Source of the DNA: Octopus bimaculoides
Lineage: Eukaryota
Assembly (NCBI RefSeq): GCF_001194135.2
Contig: NC_068988.1
Coordinates: 25,489,188 to 25,553,187, forward strand
Length of the DNA stretch: 64,000 nt
Direction of reading: 5' to 3'
Program-made: the position numbers and the translations under genes
Part shown: positions 14,810 through 26,340 of the stretch, piece after piece
How positions within the stretch are numbered: position 1 is the first letter of the stretch
Layout: every line of letters starts with the position of its first letter
Notes under the pieces: model-generated
The model's database searches: none
What the model was told of the DNA's origin: nothing
The model's input: the letters and a program-made list of their open reading frames with translations, nothing else

Positions 14810-15479
14810 TGTATACACACGCACATGCATACGCACACACACATATCTATGTATATAAACCATTTCATATATGCGTATTGAACACTATTTACATATATGC
14901 AATATATTTTCCCTTCCTGTGAATTATATTAACGGATTGTATTTGCTTCCATATGGAATATGACCCATCATAACATCTTCCTATTTGTAGATATATGATT
15001 TCGCAGTCACTTTTTCTACGCTTCGTATTCTTGATGCATTTGACGTTGTTCATATTATTTGGCTTTTTGCCGTTCTCTTATTTTTTTTTCCAAATGTTAT
15101 ATTTGTCCTTCTATAAAGAACATCAATAAATTACCAATGGAGGATTGTTACTTTTAATCAAAATGTGTTGTTCATGTAAACATAGGGAATGAAATATTAG
15201 CAACGAGTAGTTCAGAAGATAATTCCGTTCCAATATTTAATTATGTAGAAATGAGAAATATAAACGGGAATAAAGAAAGAAAGTGTAACAAGAGATGCCA
15301 AAATTAATGATTTCACTGCAATTTTGGTGTAAAAATGCCTCTACGTTTGCGTATATTTATTTTGCATTTGTGTTGTTATATGTTTTACTGAGCATATATG
15401 TGTTAGTTTAAGTGTTTACGTAGTTACTCAGTGAAAATGGTGTGATGAAATATCATCAAGAATGTAACTTTTCTTGTCT

Positions 15480-15700
15480 TTTGATTCTTGTTTTCTTTAT
15501 ATTTATGAGATTTCTTAGACATCAAATTGTATGAAAAATTACACAACGCTTTTTTTGGCACAAGTGAAAAAATTCTGGCACAATCGATACAGTTATAAAT
15601 GGTCTTGTTCTTCTTATCCACAATGGCTTATTCAATATATGATCAATGGTCCTTCAGCTAATTCACAAATATTATTATCTTTTCGTTTTTGTTGCATCTG
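15480..15700 (-). mobile_element. Possible piggyBac-like transposase C-terminal relic
   Basis: Minus frames give ELAEG...KKNKTIYNCIDCARIF and, after a frameshift, TCAKK...LC. This resembles the Cys-rich C-terminal domain (KT...CxxC...C). There is no catalytic core and no TIR visible. Confidence 0.3.
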
Positions 15701-15966
15701 CTGTTGTTTATCATGTGACAAGAATCTAGTTTTATGTTATCCAGGGAATATCATTTTATACAAAAGCAACTAGTTTGTTGAGGGAGATTTGACTGCTATT
15801 GCTAGCAGATCAAGTGGTTCTGTAAGGAACCTCTATATCGGCTCACAATGAAAATGTATTTTTAGGAGATATTTACAAATATAGCTATCGCATAAATAGC
15901 AGTATTTGTTTGTGGCAATCAGTGTTTGGTATGAATATTACGCATGTTTGTTTTTACATGGCTTAC

Positions 15967-15985
15967 TAATAACGAACGGATTGCA
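15967..15985 (-). CDS. 19-nt microexon, likely linker exon following the Sushi exon
   Basis: Acceptor ttgttttctttttgtttgatttcag, exon TGCAATCCGTTCGTTATTA, donor gtaagc. Spliced to the phase-1 end of the Sushi exon it reads G|TG CAA TCC GTT CGT TAT TA| = VQSVRY(Y), open, ending in phase 2. Confidence 0.6.
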
Positions 15986-17479
15986 CTGAAATCAAACAAA
16001 AAGAAAACAATAATCCACTTAAATACAATATAATCTAACTCTACGTGGTACATTTGAATAAAATGAAAGTTTATTATGAAATATGATGTTATAGATGATA
16101 CTCTACAAATCATAAATTTGGCTCTATAACTGTCTGCATTTTCTAACACATAAAATCTCCAAGTTGAAAGTTAGTACCAAAGAGATGATCCTTTCATGAA
16201 ACTACTTGTTGAGTAGAAATTTGAAACGGAAATTAAGGAATAAGGAAGATACATAGAATACCCATATTAAATTTTTGCTTCATTATTACAAAGTTCTTAA
16301 AATATCTAGTCAGTAGTAATCACCTATAACACAATCTTATCCTTTCATGAATCGTCAGCATTGAGATATTTTACTGTAAATGTTCGTTAACATTGTTCTC
16401 GCAATACCTTAAAATGAACACGCATGTAAGCGCGTGTGTGTATCTGTGCATGCTTATGTGAATATCACCGTGTGTTTGTGTGTGTGGGTCTGCACGCTTC
16501 AGTATGTATGCAGTTTTTTGTGCTTCACTTGAATGAGTCCATTTTGAATATACACAGGAATTGTTCCCTAAATTACTTGAGTATTGTTCTTTTTATTGGT
16601 TGTAAAATATTTCCCTAGATTTTATTTCTGTGTAATACCTAAATGTAGATTAATATTCTTGCAAGAAATATTGTTCATATGTCACTAATATACAAGAGTT
16701 TCTGGTGGGATGCAGTATTATCTTATAGTACATGGTGGAATAAATTCTCGGATATACATTTTCAGCTGGCAGGGTTAAATATAAGGGAAATTAGTTTGCT
16801 ATCTCTAGCAGGTCAGCAAATCGCATAGAAACAGCGCTGTTTTTTAGCAGATTCTGTAGAATTGATAAAAAGGTTACTACAACCTTTCTTTGAAAAAAAG
16901 CTCCAGATCATAAGATAGAGCAACCCCCATTGAAAGCTTTCGTCGATAAATTAAGTTACCGATACACTTATGAGAATGTCATTTGAGAATTGTACATATT
17001 TCTGAGTTTTCTCTTACTTATACATTAAGAACGAAATGCCATTTTAAATACAAAGGTTCTATTTACTTTACAAATATTCTTGTTAACTATACTCTTATTT
17101 GATTAAGGTGACATATGTAATATCAGTCTAAATAATAATTAAAATCTCTTTGCAGTTATGTAACTACAAACAAAGACCTAAATTTGAGGATACTGTGAGA
17201 AACAATGAATATAGAAGGGTAGGAAAATATATTTATATATAATAGTTTACATTCATTGCATAAAATGCTACAGTGAATGCTGAAATACTTTGGTACTAAT
17301 ATAAAATATCGCAAGGACTAGATTACATGTGTTAACAAATTTAATATATAAGGATAAATTATGCACTATAGCCTGATGTCATGCAAACCATATTTGTTCC
17401 ATTGCCGTGAAGGGAAAACGCATTCTACATGCACGTGTATATAAGCACATCAACCTATTCCCATAACCGATATAGGTTG

Positions 17480-17513
<34 letters not shown>

Positions 17514-18178
17514 NNNNNNNNNNNNNNNNNNNNNNNNNNNNNNNNNNNNNNNNNNNNNNNNNNNNNNNNNNNNNNNNNNNNNNNNNNNNNNNNNNNNNNN
17601 NNNNNNNNNNNNNNNNNNNNNNNNNNNNNNNNNNNNNNNNNNNNNNNNNNNNNNNNNNNNNNNNNNNNNNNNNNNNNNNNNNNNNNNNNNNNNNNNNNNN
17701 NNNNNNNNNNNNNNNNNNNNNNNNNNNNNNNNNNNNNNNNNNNNNNNNNNNNNNNNNNNNNNNNNNNNNNNNNNNNNNNNNNNNNNNNNNNNNNNNNNNN
17801 NNNNNNNNNNNNNNNNNNNNNNNNNNNNNNNNNNNNNNNNNNNNNNNNNNNNNNNNNNNNNNNNNNNNNNNNNNNNNNNNNNNNNNNNNNNNNNNNNNNN
17901 NNNNNNNNNNNNNNNNNNNNNNNNNNNNNNNNNNNNNNNNNNNNNNNNNNNNNNNNNNNNNNNNNNNNNNNNNNNNNNNNNNNNNNNNNNNNNNNNNNNN
18001 NNNNNNNNNNNNNNNNNNNNNNNNNNNNNNNNNNNNNNNNNNNNNNNNNNNNNNNNNNNNNNNNNNNNNNNNNTGTATACAAACACATACATACATTCAT
18101 ATATGAGTGTGTGTATGTGCAAATGTATATAGTAAAATACTTATGTATACATGTATGTAGAATCTGTACAATTTATGA

Positions 18179-18241
<63 letters not shown>

Positions 18242-18565
18242 CAGCAGCAGCAGTTAAAACAGTAGTAACATTAAGCATAATCAATGTAGTGAAACAGTTA
18301 TACATATTATCGTTCAATAAGCGATAGATGAAAAATAATTTCATAAGAATTATTATAGACTTTACAAGTTAACCATTGAACTGAACCAGTTTTCTTTCAA
18401 TAAGTTAAGCTCCTAAAAAAAGACAACAATTCCAGAACATTTCATAATATTACATCAAATACATACATAATAATTACGATGTCAGAACGGTAGGGTGTAA
18501 TCACAACATATGAGGTCGCAATTAAGTGGATAGATCTGCTTTTAATAATAATCAAAATTATAATA

Positions 18566-18632
<67 letters not shown>

Positions 18633-18642
18633 TAATAATAAT
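18179..18642. repeat. (AGT)n/(AGC) array at 18179-18252 and (AAT)n array at about 18560-18642
   Basis: Read directly. Confidence 0.95.
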
Positions 18643-21067
18643 GCCTTTAAAATTACATAAAATATAAATAATAATCGTTAATTATTTTAATTTCAGCTTC
18701 ATATTTGCACACTGCTTGCGCACGTATATTTTCTACTTTTATTGTTAATTTTTGTACTAGAATTACAAACATGGCAACTACTTTTGTTTGTCGCAAGTTG
18801 TTTATTTATCTGCACTGGAACGTATAAATATGGAACTATTTTATGGAAGTCTTAAAACAGATGTTAATGATTTACATTTCAAAATATTTTCTTGTTTTCT
18901 TGATAACGTTTTGACTAAGAAAGAAATAGCAAAATGTTTTATATTTATTATTGTTTTAATTAATGCACTATTTTCAGAGTCAACGCCCCTATAGGGAGTA
19001 GAAATAAGAGAGACAATTTTTACATCATGACAAACTCATTTTCAAATCGTTCAAGTCTCTGTTGAATTACATATAGCAAGTATGTTCGTTTTGCACAGTT
19101 CCTATTACCAATTCTAGCTCAGATTGTTACCTAATTGACACTGCCAAGACTTAGAGCTGCTGTGTGAACATTCAGTACATCGATTATACTACTCATGGTA
19201 TGGTGTGACGTCATCTGAAGCAATTGTTAGTTTAATCATTCTAAAAGGCATAATTTAAGAAGCAATATATTATGACATTAAATTCAGCTAATTAACTTCA
19301 AATATCATTAATGCATGTTTTTCGTGGATCATAATGTTTGTAATTCACTCCCTATTTATTTATCCAGTTTCTATTCGTGAGCGCCACGAGGAATTGCTAT
19401 TAATGTAAAGTAACTGTATAGTTGGCCAATATAATAAATGTCATTCAATCATTAATGCTTTTCGTGTTTAGCCTTGAGCCAGAAGTTCGCAGCTCAATTA
19501 GGCCGAGTTTTCAAAGATATAAAAAACATCGACTAAAAACCAGCTCATTATTTCAGATGACGTGCGACTTGGTTGCTTTCTATTCTAAATTGATTTTTTA
19601 GAATAGGTGTATAATATGCTTTGAAATGTCATTATGCATTCTTTAAAAATTATTTAAGGTTATTTCCTGAGCAGTGGTGATGAACTCCATACATGCAGGC
19701 AGCATAGTCGGACATTATTCAATCGCCATAGATTTTATGCAATTATGCACTATAGTATTTATATCGTTATCATAATTTTTTCTACTATGTCTTCAGTTAT
19801 TATTCCCCTTTTTACTATTATACTGTTATATTAATGTTCCATGTTGTGGGAATTCGTCGATGCATCGAATTGCCTGTGTTCCTTCACCGTACATGATCAT
19901 ATTGATATATGCATTTGTTTGTATTACATCTGAGACGGCAAGGTTTGCGTTTTTATGTTGCTATTTTAACGTTGAGATTCACAATCGGGAAATACCTTTA
20001 TTTTGACATAAACCTATTTGTTTTTAATATTTAATTATTTCCTTAATTGTTAAAAGTAAAACTCACAACCTCAAAATACCCAAAATTATAAAACTTACTA
20101 TTTTTTACCTTTAAAATTTCTTATTCCAACGTAGACATATTTATTATGTTTATATTTTTGACTGTGTTTATTGGTCAACATCCTATTGACCAGTATTCTA
20201 TACCGGTTTTAGTATTGTTGTTTTTTTTTACTCCTCTTTATCCTAATTTACACGTGGAAGGTCTATCTTCGTGATTTATGTTCTAAATTGTATAATTTGA
20301 GGTCCTTTTTTGTTTCGTTACATATTCTGTCGTTACATATTTTCATATGGCCTCTATCCATTTCTGCCTCTTTTTTTTTCTATATGTAACTCTAAAAATG
20401 TATTTTCCTTATTTAGATGATGCCTTAAGGTCCAAAGTTTTGCTTAGACACGGGCTGTTAATTTTCTAAATTACATCGCAGTTTATTATCGAAATTGCTC
20501 TATTTGGAGTAGAATGTACAGAAATACACTCTTCTAAGCTGGAAACATGTTCTTTACATATCTAATTTCAACTCTTCTCTTTTGTTTATGTCCTCTTTTT
20601 TTTTACAATTCTATCATTTTCGGAAGTTACCGTTTTATTTGATTCTACTGACATAGATGTTACGCACGCTCCACTTCCTGCACTTCTTAAATCTACTCCC
20701 CAAATAAGCATTCGCGAGTTAACCTCGACTTAATAAAACGATGTTTGTATACTTAACTTTTTTTATAATGTCTTCATTAAACAGAGCACGATTGTTTACT
20801 TCACTGACATTACATGAATGACCACTATTAAAGTTTATAGTAGACTAAGTATAGGAGGTAATTTTCAATAAATTTTACAAGATTTTTGTATGTAATTATC
20901 ATTTAACATTTTCATTATTTTCTGATTTGTGGTTTCTAAATATTTTTATTGGATACTTTTAGGAGCAGACATGCTCAGTTCTCTATTGTTAATCATAGTT
21001 GGTGTATTCATTATTATTTTAATCATTCCAATAGTAATGATAATAACAAGTATTATTATTATTATTG

Positions 21068-21105
<38 letters not shown>

Positions 21106-21384
21106 TTCATATGCACTCAACAAAATAGACTTTTAAGAAATAAAAAATCCTAACATCGGGCCACAAGTAACCTTAGATTCCAAGAATCCTCCTAAGTATC
21201 CTAGCTGTCCCTAATAACACTGTTTTCTGGAGCTGTACTAAATTGGCTTTTATGCCCATTTACTCTATCCAATTGTTCAGATCTTTAGAGATAGTTCCCA
21301 ATGCACCTATAACTAGTGGGATACATTGTACCCGAACTTTCCATAGTCTCTGTAACTCAATAACTGGGTCCTGATACTTCGCTA
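21106..21384 (-). mobile_element. R4/Dong-clade non-LTR retrotransposon, 3' end fragment
   Basis: Minus frame reads IAKYQDPVIELQRLWKVRVQCIPLVIGALGTISKDLNNWIE*MGIKANLVQLQKTVLLGTARILRRILGI*, the typical C-terminus of RLE-bearing R4-clade ORFs. It has a 3' UTR of about 65 nt and (TAA)n arrays on both sides. Confidence 0.88.
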
Positions 21385-21400
21385 TTTATTATTATTATTA

Positions 21401-21464
<64 letters not shown>

Positions 21465-21773
21465 CATTATTATTATCATTTTCATTATCGTTATTACTAT
21501 TATTAATCGCAGAATAGTGATGGGGTGGGCTTGGTTATGCACTAATCACCATATGAAAGCAAACAGCACTAAGATCAACAATATTGAATAAGAATAAATG
21601 AACAATAGGAACAATAAAACGTGTAAATAGCAATGATAGGAAGGGGGCAAACAATACCAATTGCATAATAATATAAAACATTGCAGGGTTGGATAGGATT
21701 TTAATCGACAAAGCCAGCAGTGCTTGTGTTTAGTGCAAATTGCAGAGTCAATTGAATGAAAAAATATCCTCAC

Positions 21774-21974
21774 CGGTGCGATCTACCGTGTTGAGAACGC
21801 ATTTTGGTTCTTCTCCACTCCAGGAAAGATCTCCTTGGCATACTCTCATGAAGACGCCAACTAGATTGTATGAGTCCACACAGGAATACTTGGCTACTGC
21901 ACCGAATTGGTTGAAAGGAAAGATAACTACTTTGCCATTGGAAATTTTGGTGTTTATAGCTTTGCATCTGATAT
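21774..21974 (-). CDS. Internal coding exon encoding one complete Sushi/CCP (SCR) domain of a multi-exon extracellular protein gene
   Basis: On the minus strand: acceptor tttttcttttccatttcag|ATATC, donor ACCG|gtgagg, 201 nt, phase 1-1, no stop. Translation xIRCKAINTKISNGKVVIFPFNQFGAVAKYSCVDSYNLVGVFMRVCQGDLSWSGEEPKCVLNTVDRT has the four CCP cysteines plus NG, FG..A.YSC, Y.LVG...RVC and WSG.EP.C motifs. Phase 1-1 is typical of CCP exons. Confidence 0.93.
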
Positions 21975-22959
21975 CTGAAATGGAAAAGAAAAAGTAGTTT
22001 AAATTTATACTAATAATCTATATAAATGAAATATTAACAGCACAATATAATGGAAAGAACTCTATAGTTTATCATAATAAAGACTATATTGCTTTTAGAG
22101 AGCTACGTTCCTTTTGATATGCTAGGTTGTATATCTTTACAGTGATACTGCAGGGAATATCTCTTCAATTTTATATGAAATGGAATCTAAAACTGTAGTT
22201 TCGTATATATTTGCTCTTCTGGCGTAGAATCAACCTGTTAATAGATCTTGTTCGATTCTGGAGTTGTGTACTATCTCAAGAAAGAAAGTATTTTTACGGC
22301 CTATAAGCAGTTATACAAAATAAATAACAAAATTCTAACTTTTCATCTCTGAGTAACCATTAAGAATCATACAGAGATATGTGCGTTGTAATGACTGCAT
22401 CTAAAGAATATTACTGCGTGTTTTTCTGTATGTATATTAGTAATAGATTTATCAAAGAAGAAAATTGATGTTTTTTTGTACATATATATTTACAAACAAA
22501 TAACTAACACACATAAAAAGCAACAAAATGGAAAAAATCAAGTAACTAACATATTTACTCCAAGAATATATTTGATGTGAGCTCCAATCACTGTATAATC
22601 GGATTTTTAGAGGATGCTTCATTAAGTTACCCACAGGCGAATAGATTATTAAATGTTGATATGAGATACAACTTTTATGTAATACAGTATTTCATATGTA
22701 TATACAATGTCACTCTCACCAAAACTTCATCTCTCCTTCTAAAACAGTGTCTATTACGAATATGTAGGGTTTTTGTTTTTTGTTACATTGAAATACTATA
22801 ATCTCGATTGGATAAGACACTTGGCCGCTTCAGTTAAATATGATGAGTTGTTACCAAAATATATTAAAAATAATATACTGTTGTCATTTCATATAATTCT
22901 CAAATTATTCTGAGATATATGTTTAAGTTAGTTTTTTAAATATATCCGACAGACATAAG

Positions 22960-23180
22960 GGCAGAAATTTGGAAGAATCCGTATCACAGCGGCCAAAAGG
23001 TTTAGCGTCATTTTGTCTGTCATTGCGTTCAGAGTTCAACCTCTGCCCAGGTTGGCTTAACAATTTATTCTTTCGGAGACTGTGAAAAAAGTATCACTTG
23101 AGCACTTGGAATGACCTAAGCGACCTAACATCTTCCTCGAAATAGGTGGCCTCGCGCCAGAATTTCAAATTTGAAACCAA
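22960..23180 (+). mobile_element. SINE family A, degraded
   Basis: ttagcgtcattttgtctgtcattgcgttcagagttcaac...ggtggcctcgcgccagaatttcaaatttgaaaccaata is recognisable but diverged. Confidence 0.7.
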
Positions 23181-23866
23181 TATATTTCACACACATATAA
23201 ATAAACACAAGCACACGCATATATATAGATCGNNNNNNNNNNNNNNNNNNNNNNNNNNNNNNNNNNNNNNNNNNNNNNNNNNNNNNNNNNNNNNNNNNNN
23301 NNNNNNNNNNNNNNNNNNNNNNNNNNNNNNNNNNNNNNNNNNNNNNNNNNNNNNNNNNNNNNNNNNNNNNNNNNNNNNNNNNNNNNNNNNNNNNNNNNNN
23401 NNNNNNNNNNNNNNNNNNNNNNNNNNNNNNNNNNNNNNNNNNNNNNNNNNNNNNNNNNNNNNNNNNNNNNNNNNNNNNNNNNNNNNNNNNNNNNNNNNNN
23501 NNNNNNNNNNNNNNNNNNNNNNNNNNNNNNNNNNNNNNNNNNNNNNNNNNNNNNNNNNNNNNNNNNNNNNNNNNNNNNNNNNNNNNNNNNNNNNNNNNNN
23601 NNNNNNNNNNNNNNNNNNNNNNNNNNNNNNNNNNNNNNNNNNNNNNNNNNNNNNNNNNNNNNNNNNNNNNNNNNNNNNNNNNNNNNNNNNNNNNNNNNNN
23701 NNNNNNNNNNNNNNNNNNNNNNNNNNNNNNNNNNNNNNNNNNNNNNNNNNNNNNNNNNNNNNNNNNNNNNNNNNNNNNNNNNNNNNNNNNNNNNNNNNNN
23801 NNNNNNNNNNNNNNNNNNNNNNNNNNNNNNNNNNNNNNNNNNNNNNNNNNNNNNNNNNNNNNNNNN

Positions 23867-23921
<55 letters not shown>

Positions 23922-24270
23922 CTTATGTATACATTCGTCACTAAAGTCAACAAGGGCTCTAGTCAGCACTAGTATTACTAGAAATAAGAATGAAAACTAG
24001 TCAATAGGCACGAAAATACTGACTTTAACCTTAGACGTCGTCAAAGCTACTGATAAGCGTTGGGATGCGTTGAGCATGAAAAGATGAAACCATGGGTGAT
24101 CCGGCTCTACCTGCGACCGTAGCTCATTAACATAATTACTTTCTAGCTATTGAGTTGTTTTGACGCTTATTTCTTAGAACGCTGGTGCTTGCTGATTAAT
24201 GCTCTTGTTCACTTCAGTGACGTATATAGTTCTGTCTTTAGGTTGAAAAATTGGGAATTAGCCTACCATA

Positions 24271-24325
<55 letters not shown>

Positions 24326-25437
24326 TGTATGCATGTATGTATATATGTGTGCATGTATATATGTATGTATGTATACATATATAAATAATATATCACAATG
24401 TAGCTTGTAAACGTCGATATTTTCACTATAGTGATGTTTTTGGGGGAGGGTGGGGCTGGTATTATATAAATTTTTTTTAATAGTAATTCTATTTAATACA
24501 TCAAATTTTAGTTTGTGCGATGAAGTGTTTTCCTTTATTTTATATAATTTAATGCATTGATGCTTCGTCACTTGTCAGTAGTAGGGGAGATTTTTCTGTG
24601 CAGAAAATTTAATAAAAGCCATTAAAACTCCACGTCCACACTATTCTAAATGCAAATTATATTTTCTGCAAATTAGTTTTCGCTTTTGATGATGCGCACT
24701 TCCAACAAACGTCATTTTGCTTTTATTATATTAGCAAATTAATGAATAATATCTGTTATTGAAATGTACTAATTTGTAGTTTAAAGCATTTGTATCAACA
24801 ATATTGACTTATGTTTTCACGGTATGGAGGCATCTAGTATTGAGAGATTAGTAGTAATTGAATATTGATATTTATGGAAGGTAAACAAGAATGAAAACTA
24901 CCGGGTATTCCCGCGCGCAAGTAGTTTGTGAGTACGCTGAAGCAAAATTTTGAAATGTTAATGTTTAATTTGTGAATACAGTGAAGTGCTAATGGTTCAG
25001 CGACTTGAAACACATGCATAGAGGTGTGTGAGAGAATACACGACAATATATGCGCGTCTACGCCCACACACACACATAGATGCATGAAAAATAATAAGTA
25101 GTTCATGAGGCATACACCAGCATGCAAAATACAATCGTACTTACAATTAAATGATAATAAAAATATGGATATACATGTGTAGAATTTATTGATTAAAGAT
25201 GCCAGCAGTTCTGAAGCATTTCGTTCGTGAGGAATTTCCTTGACTGTAATAACTAATTTCCCGTCAGAGCTTCTCATGCAAAAATCCCCTAAAGTACTCT
25301 AAATTTAAAACATCCTGTTCTCTTCCAATCAAATCAGCAGTTTGCCTGTGCATTATTGTAAGTTGTCAGCAATTTCTATGCGATAATCAGGCGGTAATGT
25401 TCTCATATTTACTAACTTCTTTATTATTATTTTGTAG

Positions 25438-25512
25438 GCTAAGAACTTATGTTCTAGGGAAAAGATGCTCAAAGGAATTCAAGGTTAACAAAACATCTGA
25501 AGATGGTTAAGC
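25438..25512 (+). other. Exon-like element on the plus strand (antisense to the Sushi gene)
   Basis: Branch-point-like actaac at 25411, pyrimidine tract, tgtag|, 75 nt, donor |gtaagt. All three frames contain a stop; the longest reads LRTYVLGKRCSKEFKVNKTSEDG*. Confidence 0.45.
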
Positions 25513-25709
25513 GTAAGTATATTGTATGGAAGACTTGTATGGATCTGCTCACTTTTAAATAAACACTTCAAAGTGAAGAAAGCGTTTCGGTCGCAAGAAA
25601 TTTCTAACAATATTCACAGCACTTAAGTTTGCTTTCGTTATTTTCTCTTCTGGCATGTGTCTCTGCCGAAATATGTATGTTAATGTCAATATTATTGTTT
25701 AATTCTTTT

Positions 25710-26098
25710 TTCTTTTACTTCTTTCAGTCATTCGACTGTGGCCATGCTAGAATAGCATCTTAAAGAGATTGTAGTCGAAGAAATCGTCCCCGGTACCTAT
25801 TCTTTGTAAGCGTATTCCTTACTCTATAGGTCTCTTTTTGCCTAACCACCATGTTACGTATGGGTACTATACACACTAACATTCTTGTCGAGCGATGGCG
25901 AACACGGACACAGAGAAATATACACACGCATACACACATATACGGTTTTCTTTGGGTTTCCGTCTACGAAATCCACTCATAAGGCTTTGGTCGACCCGAG
26001 GCTATAGTTGAAGACAATTGCCCAAGGTTCCATGCAGGGGAACTGAACGCAGATCCATGTGACTGAGAAGCAAGCTTCTTCCTACACAGCCATACGTG
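25710..26098 (-). mobile_element. tRNA-derived SINE family B
   Basis: The minus strand starts gctgtgtaggaagaagcttgc...gttcagttcc (B-box-like) and continues accttgggcaattgtcttc, resembling the CORE motif CCTTGGGCAAG, then gggtcgaccaaagccttatgagtggattt. Confidence 0.88.
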
Positions 26099-26125
26099 CA
26101 TTTATAATGTAATGGAAAGAGCTCA

Positions 26126-26340
26126 GGGGCCGAGATGGCAGGATTGTAAGCACGCCGGGCGAAATGTTTATCGTGATTTCGTCCGTCTTCACGTTCTGAG
26201 TTCAAACTTCACCGGGGTCGACTTTGCTTTTATCCTTTCGGGTGTCGATAAAAAAAAGTACAAGTTGAGTACTGGGGTCCATGTAATGGACAAGCTCCCT
26301 CCCCAGAATTCAATGGCCTTCTGCCAAAATTTGAAATAAT
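26126..26340 (+). mobile_element. tRNA-derived SINE family A
   Basis: agatggcaggattgtaagcacgccgggcgaaat, gagttcaaac (B box) and ggtcgactttgcttttatcctttcgggtgtcgata align with the 7712 copy. Confidence 0.9.

Noticed and set aside
20410-20450. tagatgatgccttaaggtccaaag as a decayed hammerhead
   Set aside because: Both core boxes are mutated, too degenerate to support.
25147-25212. 66-nt phase 1-1 minus-strand candidate ELLASLINKFYTCISIFLLSFN
   Set aside because: Poor pyrimidine tract and AT-biased, non-domain sequence.
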